From Pseudonocardia sp. (GTDB lineage: Bacteria; Actinomycetota; Actinomycetes; Mycobacteriales; Pseudonocardiaceae): 64,000 bases of DNA. The translations under genes were made by a program, and so were the position numbers. Shown here one piece after another: positions 63,591-64,000 of this stretch (positions within the stretch are counted from its first letter, which is position 1; every line of letters starts with the position of its first letter). The DNA lies in the NCBI RefSeq assembly GCF_025965585.1, contig NZ_JAOPWR010000177.1, forward strand, positions 1,588 to 65,587. Direction: 5' to 3'. The notes beneath the pieces were generated by a model that had not been told where the DNA came from, did no database searches, and worked only from the letters and a program-made list of their open reading frames with translations.

Positions 63591-64000
63591 TCATGGTTGC
63601 GCCTGCTTCGGCAAGGTGAGAACTTCGGATCCGTCGTTGGTGATAGCGATCGTGTGCTCGCTGTGCGCTGTCCGGCAGCCTGTCGCGCTTCGGAGTGTCC
63701 AGCCATCGGCATCGGTGACGAGTTCGGCGGTGTCCGCCATGATCCATGGCTCCAACGCCAGCAACAGCCCAGGGCGCAGCCTGTATCCGCGGCCGGGCCG
63801 CCCCGTGTTCGGGACGTGCGGGTCCTGGTGCATCGTCGATCCGACGCCATGACCTCCGAACTCGGTGCTGATCGGATATCCCGCCTCGCTGAGGACCGAG
63901 CCGATGGCATGGGAGATGTCACCGAGGCGAGCCCCTGGGCCGGCTGCGGCAATCCCTGCGCTCAATGCGCGCTCGGTCGCGCTGATCATCGCAACGCTCT
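63591..64000 (-). CDS. map: Type I methionine aminopeptidase (5' partial)
   Basis: FGGHGVGSTMHQDP, ALEPW, DGWT and AHSEHTIAIT. Confidence 0.92.
   Translation of the reverse strand, partial: SVAMISATERALSAGIAAAGPGARLGDISHAIGSVLSEAGYPISTEFGGHGVGSTMHQDPHVPNTGRPGRGYRLRPGLLLALEPWIMADTAELVTDADGWTLRSATGCRTAHSEHTIAITNDGSEVLTLPKQAQP

Overview
High-GC actinobacterial chromosome segment, probably Pseudonocardiaceae (inferred from gene content). The backbone (rmuC, ispH, xseAB, glpX, fumC, phoH2, Z-isoprenyl transferase, haemolysin III, YyaL, mca, greA, metB, cbs, thiolase, YccA) follows the order I recall for M. tuberculosis Rv1072-Rv1111. Accessory genes are interspersed, and about 55.5-64 kb is a decaying island with two PapA-like acyltransferases, an integrase pseudogene and an IS481 remnant. 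The best candidate for an undescribed system is a minus-strand module at 17269-21295: a frameshifted DUF4365-like nuclease remnant, a tandem winged-helix-like protein, and a 1037-aa fusion of an AAA+ ATPase with a HerA/FtsK ATPase. Other notable signals are MIRU-like translationally coupled micro-ORFs inside two ABC operons, duplicated rodlin/chaplin-like secreted proteins, a probable greA leader terminator, a structured phoH2 leader, a degenerate EAL-CBS protein and a 27-bp repeat array upstream of the PapA pair. I saw no tRNA, rRNA or CRISPR array. All assignments come from motif recognition by eye; no searches were run.
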